Assembly (NCBI GenBank): GCA_003344405.1
Contig: NOWV01000172.1
Coordinates: 1 to 64,000, forward strand
Direction: 5' to 3'
Length of the DNA stretch: 64,000 nucleotides
DNA from: Trichoplax sp. H2
Taxonomy: Eukaryota
Shown: positions 27,621 through 41,068 of the stretch, piece by piece
Numbering within the stretch: position 1 is the first letter of the stretch
Layout: each line of letters begins with the position of its first letter
Translations under genes and position numbers: made by a program
Notes under the pieces: model-generated
Told to the model about the DNA's origin: nothing
Seen by the model: the letters and a program-made list of their open reading frames with translations, nothing else
The model's database searches: none

Positions 27621-30600
27621 GGGTTGCAAGACGAACAGCAATCTTGTTTAACTAGTAAAGCTAAATGAGCCAGAAACGCTAATTACTAGAACGGAACCAT
27701 TAGCTCCGTAATATGTCTTTTGCTTACAATTACCATTAAATTTAATTATCATTAAATTCATGGGTATCCAAAAATAATAATCAGGGCTTTCATGGCGAAG
27801 CGTTAACACTACAATAAGGGCAAAATTTTTTCGCGAATGGTGTCTTTAGTTTAGGTCATAGCAAGTCTTGACTGCAAGTTTTGCTTAGCATTTTACTTAA
27901 TTTCGCGTCTTCCCAGGATGTGCAGAATGGATTTATATCCAAATACTTGATAAATACCGAGGTTGTAGAAGTCTGAGTTATACCACCTATTTCTAAAAAT
28001 CTGAGCATCATTTACAAATATCACGTTTTTTAGACTTTATTTATTGTTACAGCATTTAATCGAAGTATTGACTTCAAATTAAATCCCTTATACAGTAGCA
28101 TATTCTATCTAGAATTATATTCCCGTATATAGATGGATCAGCTCGTATCATGATATTCAGAAATTTTATTACTCTCTACTTTAGCAGCAGTTAATGAAAA
28201 GCGGTTAAATTAATTATCAGAGTAGTTGATCAATCAAAAAATTTTTTAATTTTAATTCTATTTTAGATTGCCGTAATATGCACTTAACCGTTACAAAACA
28301 AGTAGATTGATTTCCCTTATTATTGCTATTTGTTCTTAAATTATGAAATTTTCTCTTATCTAAGTAGCCACTAGCATAAAGTTGTACCAACGATCATACA
28401 AATTTCAATACTGGGAACTCTAATTTACTACAAGGAGATAAACTAAATCGTGCTGTAGCAAATAATTTTAAAACCTAAATAAGTAGATGTAAACGTTGGT
28501 ATTTGGTTGATTAGTTTCATATTTTGAAATTCCTACCTTTTATTGGTTTCAGCAGATTAAGAATTAACTAAATATGTATTTCGCTTTACCATAGTAGATA
28601 CTAATCGAAGATCCTGCTCTTGATATTTTGCGTACTTGTTTTTATTAAGTATAACACGTGGATTTTAGTATAATGAATGTTATGTATGTAATGTATAATG
28701 ATAATTGAAAATCTGTTTGATCTTATGAAATTTTGAATAAACAAAGCAATGATTGATCTTGGTTAGCAGCTCAATTATTTTGTCAGTATCCAATTTAAAG
28801 TAAATGTAGTGGTCAAATATTTATTTCATCACTGCTGCTTGTTCATAATTAATTTAGTCTGTAGTGCATGCCATTCTAATTAACTGCTTTATCTTTGTTT
28901 AAACTAAATTAAAATAAAAAATCAGGTTTTACATTCAATATCATGATGTTATAAAGATTACAAATTAATGGCAGAAATTTATTTATCGCGTTGCTCGCGA
29001 ATGTTCATGAATCATTCTTAAATCAAGACTGTATTACTCATGCCGTCTACAGTATTTCAATTCTTGATATCCCATTCACAATCACTATCGCTGGTGGACA
29101 CCTCTAGACTAAATAAAGATGTAGAAATATATATCCCTGCAAAGTAATTTATTAATGTGATTGTAGACTATTAGCCATATTTTAATATGATATATGGTAG
29201 CGTCTTTTCTATATTTATCTTAGGATATATTTAGTAGCCCTAATTATAGACTGTAATTATAGACTGTAAAGGTAGACTTTATGCTAGAGTACAGATGACT
29301 NNNNNNNNNNNNNNNNNNNNGGGTTGCAAGACGAACAGCAATCTTGTTTAACTAATAAAGCTAAATGAGCCAGAAACGCTAATTACTAGAACGGAACCAT
29401 TAGCTCCGTAATATGTCTTTTGCTTACAATTACCATTAAATTTTATTATCATTAAATTCATGGGTATCCAAAAATAATAATCAGGGCTTTCGTGGTGAAG
29501 CGTTAACACTACAATAAGGGCAAATTTTTTTCGTGAATGGTGTCTTTAGTTTTGGTCATAGCAAGTCTGGACTGCAAGTTTTGCTTAGCATTTGATTTAA
29601 TTTCGCGTCTTCCCAGGATGTGCAGAATGGATTTATATCAAAATACTTGATAAATACCGAGGTTGTAGAAGTCTGAGTTATACTACCTATTTCTATAAAT
29701 CTGAGCATCATTTACAATATCGCGTTTTTTAGATTTTATTTATTGTTACTGCATTTAATCGAAGTATTGACTTCAAATTAAATCCCTTATATAGTAGCAT
29801 AATCTATCTAGAATTATATTCCCGTACACAGATGGATTAGCTCGTATCATGATATTCAGAAATTTTATTACTCTCTACTTTAGCAGCAGTTAATGAAAAG
29901 CGGTTAAATTAATTATCAGAGTAGTTGATCAATCAAAAAATTTTTTAATTTTAAATCTATTTTAGATTGCCGTAATATGCACTTAACCGTTACAAAACAA
30001 GTCAATTGATTTCCCTTATTATTACTATTTATTCTTAAATTATGAAATTTTCTCGTATCTAAGTAGCCACTAGCATAAAGTTGTACCAACGATCATACAA
30101 ATTTCAATACTGGGAACTCCAATTTACTACAAGGAGATAAATTAAATCGTGCTGTAGCAAATAATTTTAAAACCTAAATAAGTAGATGTAAACGTTGGTA
30201 TTAGGTTGATTAGTTTCATATTTTGAAATTCCTACCTTTTATTGGTTTCAACAGATGAAAAACGTGGATTTTAGTATAATGAATGTTACGTATGTAATGT
30301 ATAATGATAATTGAAAATCTGTTTGATCTTATGAAATTTTGAATAAACAAAGCAATGATTGATCTTGGTTAGCAGCTCAATCATTTTGTGAGTATCCAAT
30401 TTAAAATAAATGTAGTGGTCAAATATTTATTTCATTACTGCTGCTTGTTCATAATTAATTTAATCTGTAGTGCACACCATTCTAATTAACTGCTTTATCT
30501 TTGTTTAAACCAAATTAAAATAAAAAACCAGGTTTTATATTCAATATCACGATGTTGTAAAGATTACAAATTAATGGCAGAAATTTATTTATCGCATTGC

Positions 30601-30906
30601 TCGCGAATGTTTATGAATCATTCTTAAATCAAGACTGTATTACTCATGCCGTCTACAGTATTTCAATTCTTGATATCCCATTCACAATCACTATCGCTGG
30701 TCAACACCTCTAGACTAAATAAAGATGTAGAGATATATATCCCTGCAAAGTAATTTATTAATGTGATTGTAGACTATTAGCCATATTTTAATATGATATA
30801 TGGTAGCGTCTTTTCTATATTTATCTTAGGATATATTTAGTAGCCCTAATTATAGACTGTAATTATAGACTGTAAAGGTAGACTTTATGCTAGAGTACAG
30901 ATGACT
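27621..30906. repeat. Near-identical duplication around an N-gap (27621-29300 vs 29321-30906); probable uncollapsed haplotypes
   Basis: Both copies start GGGTTGCAAGACG and end CAGATGACT; gap at 29301-29320. About 13 substitutions in the first ~380 bp and a ~93-bp indel near 28558-28652. Confidence 0.85.
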
Positions 30907-31319
30907 GAATACAGTAAGATGTTGAGCTACTAATAAGGTTAGAGGTAGAAATAGAATTGTAAATCATACATTAGGATATGCTTGGTGCATTGTACTTTTA
31001 TTGGTAGGAATAATGTTTACGAAAATACTGCAATCATTTCCATATTCGATTAATGGTGGTTTGTTGTAAAATAATCTAACTAATAATAAGCTGAATATAT
31101 GTAAAATATGGTAGAATTCTGCTATGCTGATTGCAGCCTTGAAGGCTACAATCAGATCATAAAAGCGCGCGACATTAGATTATCTGATTATTCTTTCTAG
31201 AAATCTTTCAGTAGTTGTATTCGGCTAGAGTAGAGCTATGAGTAGCTAGTCTTTGTATTAGACCTGATAAAGTTCTAATTTGCTACAATTTTGAATTTTC
31301 GTGATCGGGTTTTATCACA
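30792..31319 (+). mobile_element. Degenerate solo-LTR-like repeat, copy B
   Basis: Starts TATGATA (degenerate TGTGATA) and ends GTGATCGGGTTTTATCACA. Homologous to 26007-26531, with near-equal length (~525 bp). Confidence 0.55.
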
Positions 31320-34300
31320 ATCCCATTGCAGGTATTTAATTACAAAGTGAATTTGAATTTTAGCGTTATAGTTCGGGTCAAAATTGCCTCTCCCTATGCG
31401 GTAATTTATAACTTTATTCCCCTTATCGATTAATGGCCTTTAATTTTAGCTTTGCTGTTATTAAAACGTTGTTTGTAAATATTTTCAGCAGTCGCAGCTT
31501 TATTCAATTTTATTGCAAGAGTTCTTGTAAAGAATCGAATCCTTTTACGAGTAGTCAATAATACGCTTTAGAGACAGTAATTCTCAACTTACTCTAAAAA
31601 AGTAACGCCAAGCCTGATATAAATTCAATCTTGAATCAATCAAAATTTCATTGTCTGATTTGCTCCAGTTGTCCGTAGCTGTGTGTAATTCTTAATAAAA
31701 TATTATTCGGAATTTAATGAATGGTATAAAATGAACTATTCTAGTCATTTCACGAATTAACCTCTTCGCGATCTTTTTAAATAGTGCTTTCTATTCCTCA
31801 GTCTATCATTATAAATACTTCTATTATTGCCGATGAGATGATTGAAAAATGAAATTCTATGTTCTCATTTCCTATTGTTATACTTTTAACTTAGCTGTCG
31901 ATTGTACCTGTTTGTACTCAATATCGTTAGTTTTTACAGGGGCAGTAATATATTTGGAGGATTATTCGTATAAAATAAGTCAAATTATGAATTGTCTATT
32001 ACATAGTAGGCGGTAAATAAGTAATAATAATTGGCATCAAGAGGGGTCCAGATTGAATGTAATGCAAAATCAATTGCTTTTTACTTTCTTTGTCTACGAA
32101 TTTTGAATGGCTTTTACAAATTTGGACATCTCGTATGACAGACGTAGGGTATGCAGTTTTCGCCAGAATTAACGTCTACAAACACTGTTTCGGTCTCCGA
32201 ATAAGTAGATCTGGTTAGTAATTAAGGTCAAATCTTTAAGGCCTTAAAGTAAAAATGAAAAACGGTGATCTATAAGTGGATCTGATCTAGGAGAAGAGAA
32301 AATTTTTAAAATTTTCTGAAAGGAGAAACATTTCCTGTTCTTTCTAGACCATTTTCACATTGCAAAAGCAGTGCAATTAAGATAACATAATTTTAGGCAA
32401 GGAAATATCTTACTGAAGGTCTAATATCGATTTTAAAGGTTAAGAAAACTATCGTACTTTCTACTAATTTTAATATCCTTACATCATTTTTAAAATTTAC
32501 TTTTAGTACCGATAAGCTGAAAATATTAAGTAGTCACTCAATTACAACGTCTTTTCAGCAATACTTATTAACACAGCGATTACAATTAATACTAAGCCAT
32601 ACTAAGGAAGATTAAGTAATTAATCCATGGTCGATTTCAACCTAAAATGTTTAGTGTACAGTACACCAAATTATAAGTGTAGCCTGTAAAAGATTACATG
32701 TGTTTGTCGGTATAAAGTTGATGCTATCAGAAATTTACTGCCTTGATCTATCTTCGAAAACTGTAATATACGAATCAAATTCGATTAATACCAAGTAATC
32801 ACGGAATACCGATTAAATACCAATCATGCTTCTAATGTTTCATTCTTACATTCGGCCTTCTCTTTACACATATGATTATAGTAGCTTTGATGTATTCAGT
32901 TCCATTTAAGATCTATTTTTTTATTAAACCACTCCTTTTATTATTATAGTAATTAGTGTAGTCATACTTTTTGAAAAAGCGGCTAAGAACATATGCCGGT
33001 CATGACCATTAAAAGTGACTCTTGGCATATAGACTAGCCAATCACGCATTATCCTATTCTATTTATTTTATATTCATATTGCTCGAACTGATTTATTCTC
33101 GATGACAAAGGATTAAAGTCTCAAATTCAACTATAGTTCTTGACCATATTTCAATAGCTTTCAACCAATAAATAACACTTATACAATGGTAAAGATATTT
33201 AAGTTTGCTTTATCTTTGAATTATGCGCAATTAAGTTTCTTTCTCTCGACGTCAAGTTATCACTGCGTAATCCAACAATTCTTGCAATAGATGATTCCAT
33301 TCTATCTTTCAATTAGACTAATTCTAGAGTCTATTATTTCTGTCATCCAAATTCATTTTCTGGCTTTTGATGCTCGGAAGTCGACCTTGGTCTATTAGCC
33401 AAAAATCAAGTTAGGTTAGACGGAAATGTGTAATCTTGTAGACTATTAAGATAACTCATATTTACTAGTTGTCGATGTTAGATAACTTCGTCACAATCTA
33501 ATACAATCGAGTTTAACTTGTTGTAGTTATGACCATCCTTAAAATGAAATATAATCCAAAGTGAAGTAAATAATTATACTACTCGTGCTTAAGAAAAAGT
33601 AATCCAATAGTAAAGATACAGCTAATAAAACTAATTGACAACTCTAACTAATCCTAACTCTAGCTCTTCTAGAGTTGACATCTGAGGTAAAGAATATAAA
33701 TTTTTGGATTAATTAAAAAAGGGCTTTAAAAGTTTTTCAAAATATTTATAAAGTAAATCTACAGTATAATGATGAAGTCTCTTTTATTTTCTCTTACTGC
33801 TGAAGTGAAAAAAGAATCACCGAAATTCTTCACTTGTTAGCATTAATTCAGCCATAACTACGAGAGTCTTAGCAAGAAATTAAAATTTTATTACCTCTCT
33901 TCTTTTCAATATGATACAAGCTGTGTTATTTCCAATTTTTGAAACTTTTTTTGTTATTTACATTTTTCCTCTTGTTCAATGAACGACTACTAAGCGCTAG
34001 ACTACTTGGTACCTAGCAAATGACTTGACGTCATACTAATGATGATGGCGTATTTAGAAGCGAAAGCCAATTTTTAAAATATCTGCCGTGCTGCCACAAG
34101 CAATGTCAGGAATTTTAATAACATCCCCTTTGCATAATTTATCCTTTAATGACGCAAAATTGCTACGTTGAACGAAACAGGTTGATTACAGGTTCTGTCA
34201 TTTTTTAAAGTTGCCATAGATGACATTTGATATAAAAGACATGATACAAATTGGAGATGGGAGGTGCGTCCTCTTTCTATAGGCTTATTCGAAAGTGTAA

Positions 34301-36394
34301 TTGACTGACGAACTTACGAGAATCCTAATTGTGAAAAATCATCTTCAATCAATATTGAAATTGGATATAATCAGATCCATTTCGGAAGATCCAAGGTGAA
34401 TAACCATACTTGGATACTTATTCCACAGTTTAATTAAAATACAATAATTAAATTATTGTCTGTTTTCGGATGGAAACATAGATTAATAAAAATTTAGTGC
34501 GGCATAGGATATCATTAATCGCAGGAGTACGTATGGCTAAATGTTGAATAACGTAGCTTTAATAGATAGAAAAATAACATGGCATCCAATTTCTATATGA
34601 TTTATGATAGCATCGACATCATCACTTTGATAATTACGCGTATAATAGATCTGCCCTGATATATCATTTGTAAAACCAACAATGACAGCGCTTAGAGTCA
34701 AGCTAATCTGTCCAAAACTTAAGACGTCTTTTAGATAAAAAAAATTGTTGATTAGACTCTTTTTCAATGATTGATATCATCATTTATTAAGATCGGCCTA
34801 TGAATAGTATAAATTAGTCAACATTCGAGTATATAGAGATTAAAACATTCGATTCATCGCTGTATTAGATATAAAATCACTAGATTTAGTTTAATCGTGA
34901 TTTGGTCCTTTATTTGCTATGATATTTAGTAGTATCATCTAATATTACATCACATATGTAAATAAGGCTGTTGTTTACAGTTATTTCATTAAATTGTCTC
35001 CATCAGTATCCGTAGTAAAGGTATCGTACCTTATAGAGAGTCAAGCAGTAATCAATTCCTACGATGAATAATAATCAAAATAATGGCCACAAATACACAA
35101 ATCTTGTCACGAGACATGACTAACCTGATATATGAAGAAGAAGCCATGATCATTTTAATATTCTTATCGCCAATAACATTTAAGGAGAGTTATCGTTCAA
35201 TTTGATGGGGTCTAGAGTATTATGATTTATTCAGTATGATGTCAACGATTTGGCTTTCATGCTGTCTACTAGCAATCAACGACAGTGTTTTATCCGAATA
35301 GTGCATGATTGTTATTATTTGCACTTTATGCTAGGGTTTGAACAAAAACACGCTATCAATAATTTTAGAATAGATTGTATAATTAGCCGCCTTAGAGCTA
35401 TTTAACGTCGCGTTGAAATGAATGGTTTGTGATGCTATTAATTATTTTATAAATGAAACGGCTTACATCATTTTTGGATAAAAAATGCCAGTAATAATTC
35501 TATTCTATACTGCTTCCTATTATCAATTTACATTATCACAATTTAGTCTAAATTATGATAATCTGCAATTTCCCTAGTCCACTGCAGACCCTGAATTGGC
35601 AAATGGTATCCTTATATGCAGAAGTGTTACCCGTAATACTAACTGAAGTGATTAAGACGCTGCCACACTAACATTGTCTAAATATTTTATCATGTTATTA
35701 TTTACGTTTTGGATTGATAAAATATATATTCTATTAGTAAATCATACCAGTACACCCTACTATAGTTGAAATAATTAGTCAGCGCTGTAATTTTACGCCA
35801 TTGGCATGCATATTAAATCTGTTACCTAGAGACTATAGCCATCAATATGAAAGTTAAATAATTCATTTGAGTACTATCAAGCCGGCCAAAATAGCTGTCT
35901 ATGAGTCATTTTAAACCTTCATAACCAATAATATCGTTTCATCAAAATAGCAAGCATTAGGAAAGAAAAGGAGTATATAGGTATTATTTTAAACCTTTGT
36001 CGTAATGATAAGCGAAGCAAAAAATAGCAACAGTGTCACTCTACACCTAATTATCGATTCTACGTAATGTTTATCTCCATCTATAGCTATTAACGAGAAT
36101 TACTATGAGTAGAATTGTACATGATTTAAATGCAATGTAGTGATTACTTGATCAGCTATATCGACAATATCATTTGATCGATCTTACTATTAACTTATAC
36201 CGTGTGTATCACACTGTAAATATTCTATATAAGAGCGCATTCCAGCAAAGATATTGCGTCAAATTCTCATTAAAATTATAACTAAATTTTGAAGATAAAA
36301 TATGAGGATATTTTTATTGATTTAAAAAGAAGCAACAATTTAATTAAAGTGACGACGTGAACCTTGAATTAAGAAATCGCGTAAACACCTTATG

Positions 36395-36780
36395 GCAAAC
36401 CCAATAGCAAACAATTTGGCCATTAGTATTGCCACTGTAATGATGGTCCAACAATAATGCGTTAGATTCGTGCATTTGTTGGACTTGTATAACTATTATG
36501 GCTATTGAGAGCATAATAAAGGACTATTAGTGAAAGTTAAAGTAAATTCAGCTCAACTTGTATCATTACATTATGCCCATGCATCAATATACCATCACTA
36601 TTGTATGAAATTGTATCTTCGGAAATTTGAATTATTTCTATATATATATACATGTAATAGAATAGAAAAAAATAAATTAAATGGTGGAAGTGCCACGGGT
36701 GTTACATTGCTTACTAGAACCATTGGCAATGGTAAAAACACTAAAATTGACGCCACTTAATAATTTGCTATTGATTTAGC
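36395..36780. mobile_element. Possible old MITE with degenerate terminal inverted repeats
   Basis: CAATAGCAAA (36402-36411) is the exact reverse complement of TTTGCTATTG (36764-36773). Patchy inverted similarity extends ~60 bp inward. Confidence 0.3.
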
Positions 36781-39700
36781 AATTGAATACTTTTAATCGA
36801 ATGTAGACAGCATAAACAAGGTTGTTTCATGTAAATAAATCAAAGATCATTTAGTTTGACGCTCTTTCGAGCATAGTGTGTGTATATGCTTACTTTATTG
36901 TAAATAGCTACGACGCCATACATTCAAGCTTTTCATCTACAAAATCAATTTTAATTATGACGACAGCAATGTGAGTACCGAAAAAATTTACTACATTTTG
37001 TTATTACCGGTTCTTAAAACTGATGATGATCCAGTATCTACTGTTGGCATAACTAAAATAAGAAAACTAACTACAGAAACTTGTTAGGAATTCTTCATTA
37101 AAATACTTGATAGAATCAGCTATAAAATATCTCAAGATTTCAGACTAATTTTTAATAGAAATCAAATAATAATTATGTTGTCATTGTGCAATCATTAAGA
37201 AAGTCAGGACAGGAATAAAATTTTTGTCTTAGAAAGCTTTAAACATTACTGTTAAAATATCAATAGGGCTGTTAAAGTACGCTGGAAGTCTAACCAAGTA
37301 ACTACCAGACCATGCAATTAAAAATATACAAATAGCTTATGCAAAAGTATTTAGCCAATTTAGCTCAAAAACAATTTTATTACTTAACTTCTAATCTCAG
37401 CAGTTGCTAATTCTAAATTAGCATTATTCTTGCCCTAGCCTCTATCAAATTATACCACACCTATTCAGCTAGTAGAAATTATCTATAAGGAATTTCTTAA
37501 GCATACGTCGTATAGTGCTTTATTTTACATTAAAAGTACACCCTCAAACACATTACAGGTGTAATCAGCTGAAATCACTACACCAATTCAATTTTACAGT
37601 TTTACCAACAACAATTTCAATTCGGTACTGGTACTTCCAATCACAAATTCAAGCCCTTTTATAGTAATTATGCTCAAGTGTATCAGTTTAGCTACTATTT
37701 TGAAAGTTCTTGAAGGGCTTGAGATTATTCATACAGTTCCGAACTTCCAATGTTGCATGTTCTATATACTTGTAAAGCATATCTGTTATTATATTTTTAC
37801 CTCAACGACAGTAAATCAAATTAGCTATGATAGGATTTCATTAAGATATAAAAACATGTGTTTTGCTAGTCTTTGTAAAATATTCCACGAATAGATTTGA
37901 TATTACTCTTATTTATCTATGATTAGACATTGATTAACAGGATTTAAAATACTCCTTTCGATTCAAATTTGGTCAATCATATTACATATGCCATACGTAC
38001 TGATCCACTTGATAAAAGATGAATCTGTCTATGAATTTCACGATAGGAAAGAATTACTAGGAAAGATAATTTCAGTTTATCTTTCTACCCTTTATTCTGT
38101 ATGGATTTTATTCTAAAAAGACTTAATTATAGGATGATACCATAATATACGGGTACTCCTGCATTTACCAAAGAAGGATAATACCTGAGACTGCCAATTC
38201 ATAGGTATACTAGGCAACATCAATATGAATAAGTGTTCGTGCTGTGCCTATTTATTGGCAGAAAATGTGTAGTAAATATCCTAAATTAGTATACAAAAGG
38301 GCTATTACCAAACCTTCGATCCTATGATTCTTATCAATTTGTAAATATGTACTATTGTATATCGTTTGGTATAGATTCTATAGTTTAATAGATAATTTAG
38401 ATTAATTCAATCAGCCAAAATTTAATCAAAATAATATAAGCGGACGAATAAGTTGTTTATTAAACTTTTTCATCCCCTGTCTTTCCTATTAAACTGTGAA
38501 TATTGCCGAATACTGTGTAATTTTGAATAATTTCAATAGGATATGACGTACTATAAACCACAGTAATTAATCTGACAAATTGTTATCTGAATGTTATTGG
38601 TAAAGGTGCAATTATCGAATTTTTGATGTTAGATTACATTTCTTGCACTAGCTGAATTACTATACAAGTCACATAGGCTAACTATTAGGATAATTTCACA
38701 CAAAATATTACAAATCCAATATTTTATTAGACTAATGACAGTATTTACGGGTAATGGGCTTAAAAACTAAATTCTATCATCTCCGTATACTAGCTACGGC
38801 TTAAAATAAAGTAGACTAATTAAATCAGACTTACTATGATCAAAGTACTACAGCTATGCCGCGCTAGTTATTTAAATGTTAACCCTGAGCAACTTGTTAA
38901 CTGTAGGTAGCGTGCCTTACTTGTTCGATGTGGTCTAGATATCTGAATAAGTAATGTAGGCTAATTCAATCTGATTCATCCTCGTTTTTAAAATTAGAGA
39001 AACTTCCTTTGTAGATACCTTAATGTTCAATATTATTTAAACAAGAATCCCATTATTTATAGATAATTGCAAAATGATATCATAGTTTTTGTTGTCTTTT
39101 AGTACCGACTTCTGGTACAATCAGGGATGTATTTTAATTCTGGCGAAGATAGCTGTAAATGGTATTCAACAGAGACTATTTGAAAAGTCAAAAGCTGCTG
39201 TAAAATGATATAAAAGTTGCTAGTATTTAGTAGCAGCCAGAATGGAGATGAATTTCAACTCAAATACTAGAATAGCTGAATAGAAATTTTCGCATTTATC
39301 TTCTATAACTTTCAAAACTTATTATTGCATCAGCTATATGCTTTATATCAAGGATAACTGAAGCATCTTCTAATAGTCTGTATATGCATACAATAAATAA
39401 TGATAGTATCCAATACAATATCAGTCTTTCTCTTCTTAACTGTCTGTACTGACAGATAAACAGAAATTCTATCCTACTATTATTAGTCTATGTGTCTTCT
39501 ACCAAAGTCCTTTATCCATTTATTTTTAGCGCGGAGCGAAGGCTTTTCATAGTTATCAATAAAAGACATAAAAATATTTTTATTTTCTACCCTTCATCAA
39601 ATATTGAAGTATCTGTCAAATAAAGTGAATTAGAAAAAATTTATCCTAGTAACCGAAATGTATATCCTTACTTAGTGAATATTAAAATAATAAATTCATT

Positions 39701-41068
39701 TTAGTAACCATCAACTACGTATGTATTTGACGCAGTTGCCAGGCAAATAGACGATATCATGTTGCAATAATATTGCTGCAGCCAAAAGATCACTTTGGAT
39801 ACAATTCTTGCTGATATGACGTCCTAAGTTGAGAAGAATATACTGTATGATTAATATTCAACTTTGAAAATCAATATTCCTATTCTCTTTAATTAAATCG
39901 ATATAAATGGTCAAAAAGAATACAGCAGCAAGAACGATAGAATGTATAAACATATAGACATTATCATGACATCAGAGAGAGAGCTAATAATCCATTAAAA
40001 TGTGCAACTGTTATTATAATATTTGAATAAATTGCGAGATTTTCATTGAATATCGTAGTTGATCTAAAACATGGATCAGTAAAGTGCTTTGTTGGAGTCA
40101 ATATATTTCATTAAAGTTTTAAGGACTGCACCTGTCTGAAAATAAAAAATTCTAATTGTTCCCAAAGGTAAATACTGTACTTTACTGTATCAGAATTACA
40201 TCTTTGATAAATGTTACACCGATGCTATTTTTCTTTACCAATGTAGTAGATTCAAATATTGATTAAGCATTCGTCTATGAAAGCAGAACGTCAACGGTAT
40301 TTCCTGACTATAGTTATATGGTTACGATATTGTATAGCAGCAACAATATCCTTCTTTCTTCAAATCGCTAAAATAAATAGGCATTTATCCAATAACTATT
40401 GATGTTATTGTAATTGTTGCTATTAATAAATACAAACTTATGTAACGTTGCCTTACTCCATCAGAACTTATTTACCATCTAGATAATTAGCGTTTAATTA
40501 ACATAAAATCGTCCATTAAATACACTTCAACAGAATTACCTGTCTTTAAATTGGTCTAATCAGTAAGCATATCCAAAATATTAAAATAAGTTTCACCCTT
40601 AAGTTGAACATAATGGTATGTCGTAAATTATTTCTACGGCCTAGGGTTGACTAATCGTGTAGTAAAAATATTACTTACTAGTATTATGCTGATAGTACCT
40701 AGAAACATATATTAGTGAATACATTTCTCGTCGCTCCTTTGCTTTTATTTTAGTATTATCTTTAAAATATGTCATAATTTATTTATAAGGGATCGTCTTA
40801 ATTCATGTATTATAGATAAGGTGATTACCAATAAATTGCTTCCATTGCTGGAGATAAGTTGCTAATTGATTCCATTCGTTTATTTGACCTCTTCTTGCCG
40901 TATTGGCACCGATTATATTACCAATGATCTTCTGGACCAGACAAATTTCTCGTCAATCAACGCCCAATTTTCTACAATCGACCGCGGCTCAATCCATCTC
41001 TTTCATTCTTCTTGGCTTTCTCCAAAATTTCTTCGGCAAAGACATCTTGTTCAGTTATCAATATAATT

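Noticed and set aside
30739-31324. ATCCC as TSD for an element spanning 30744-31319
   Set aside because: Alignment to the 26007 copy puts the element start at ~30792, so the 5-bp match is likely chance.
34537-34767. 76-aa minus-strand ORF with hydrophobic stretches (possible GPCR relic)
   Set aside because: No recognisable motifs, splice-supported continuation or ATG start.
41012-41068. ORF-track start of GPCR2
   Set aside because: TTG start from a bacterial-style ORF caller; the first ATG is at 41069.
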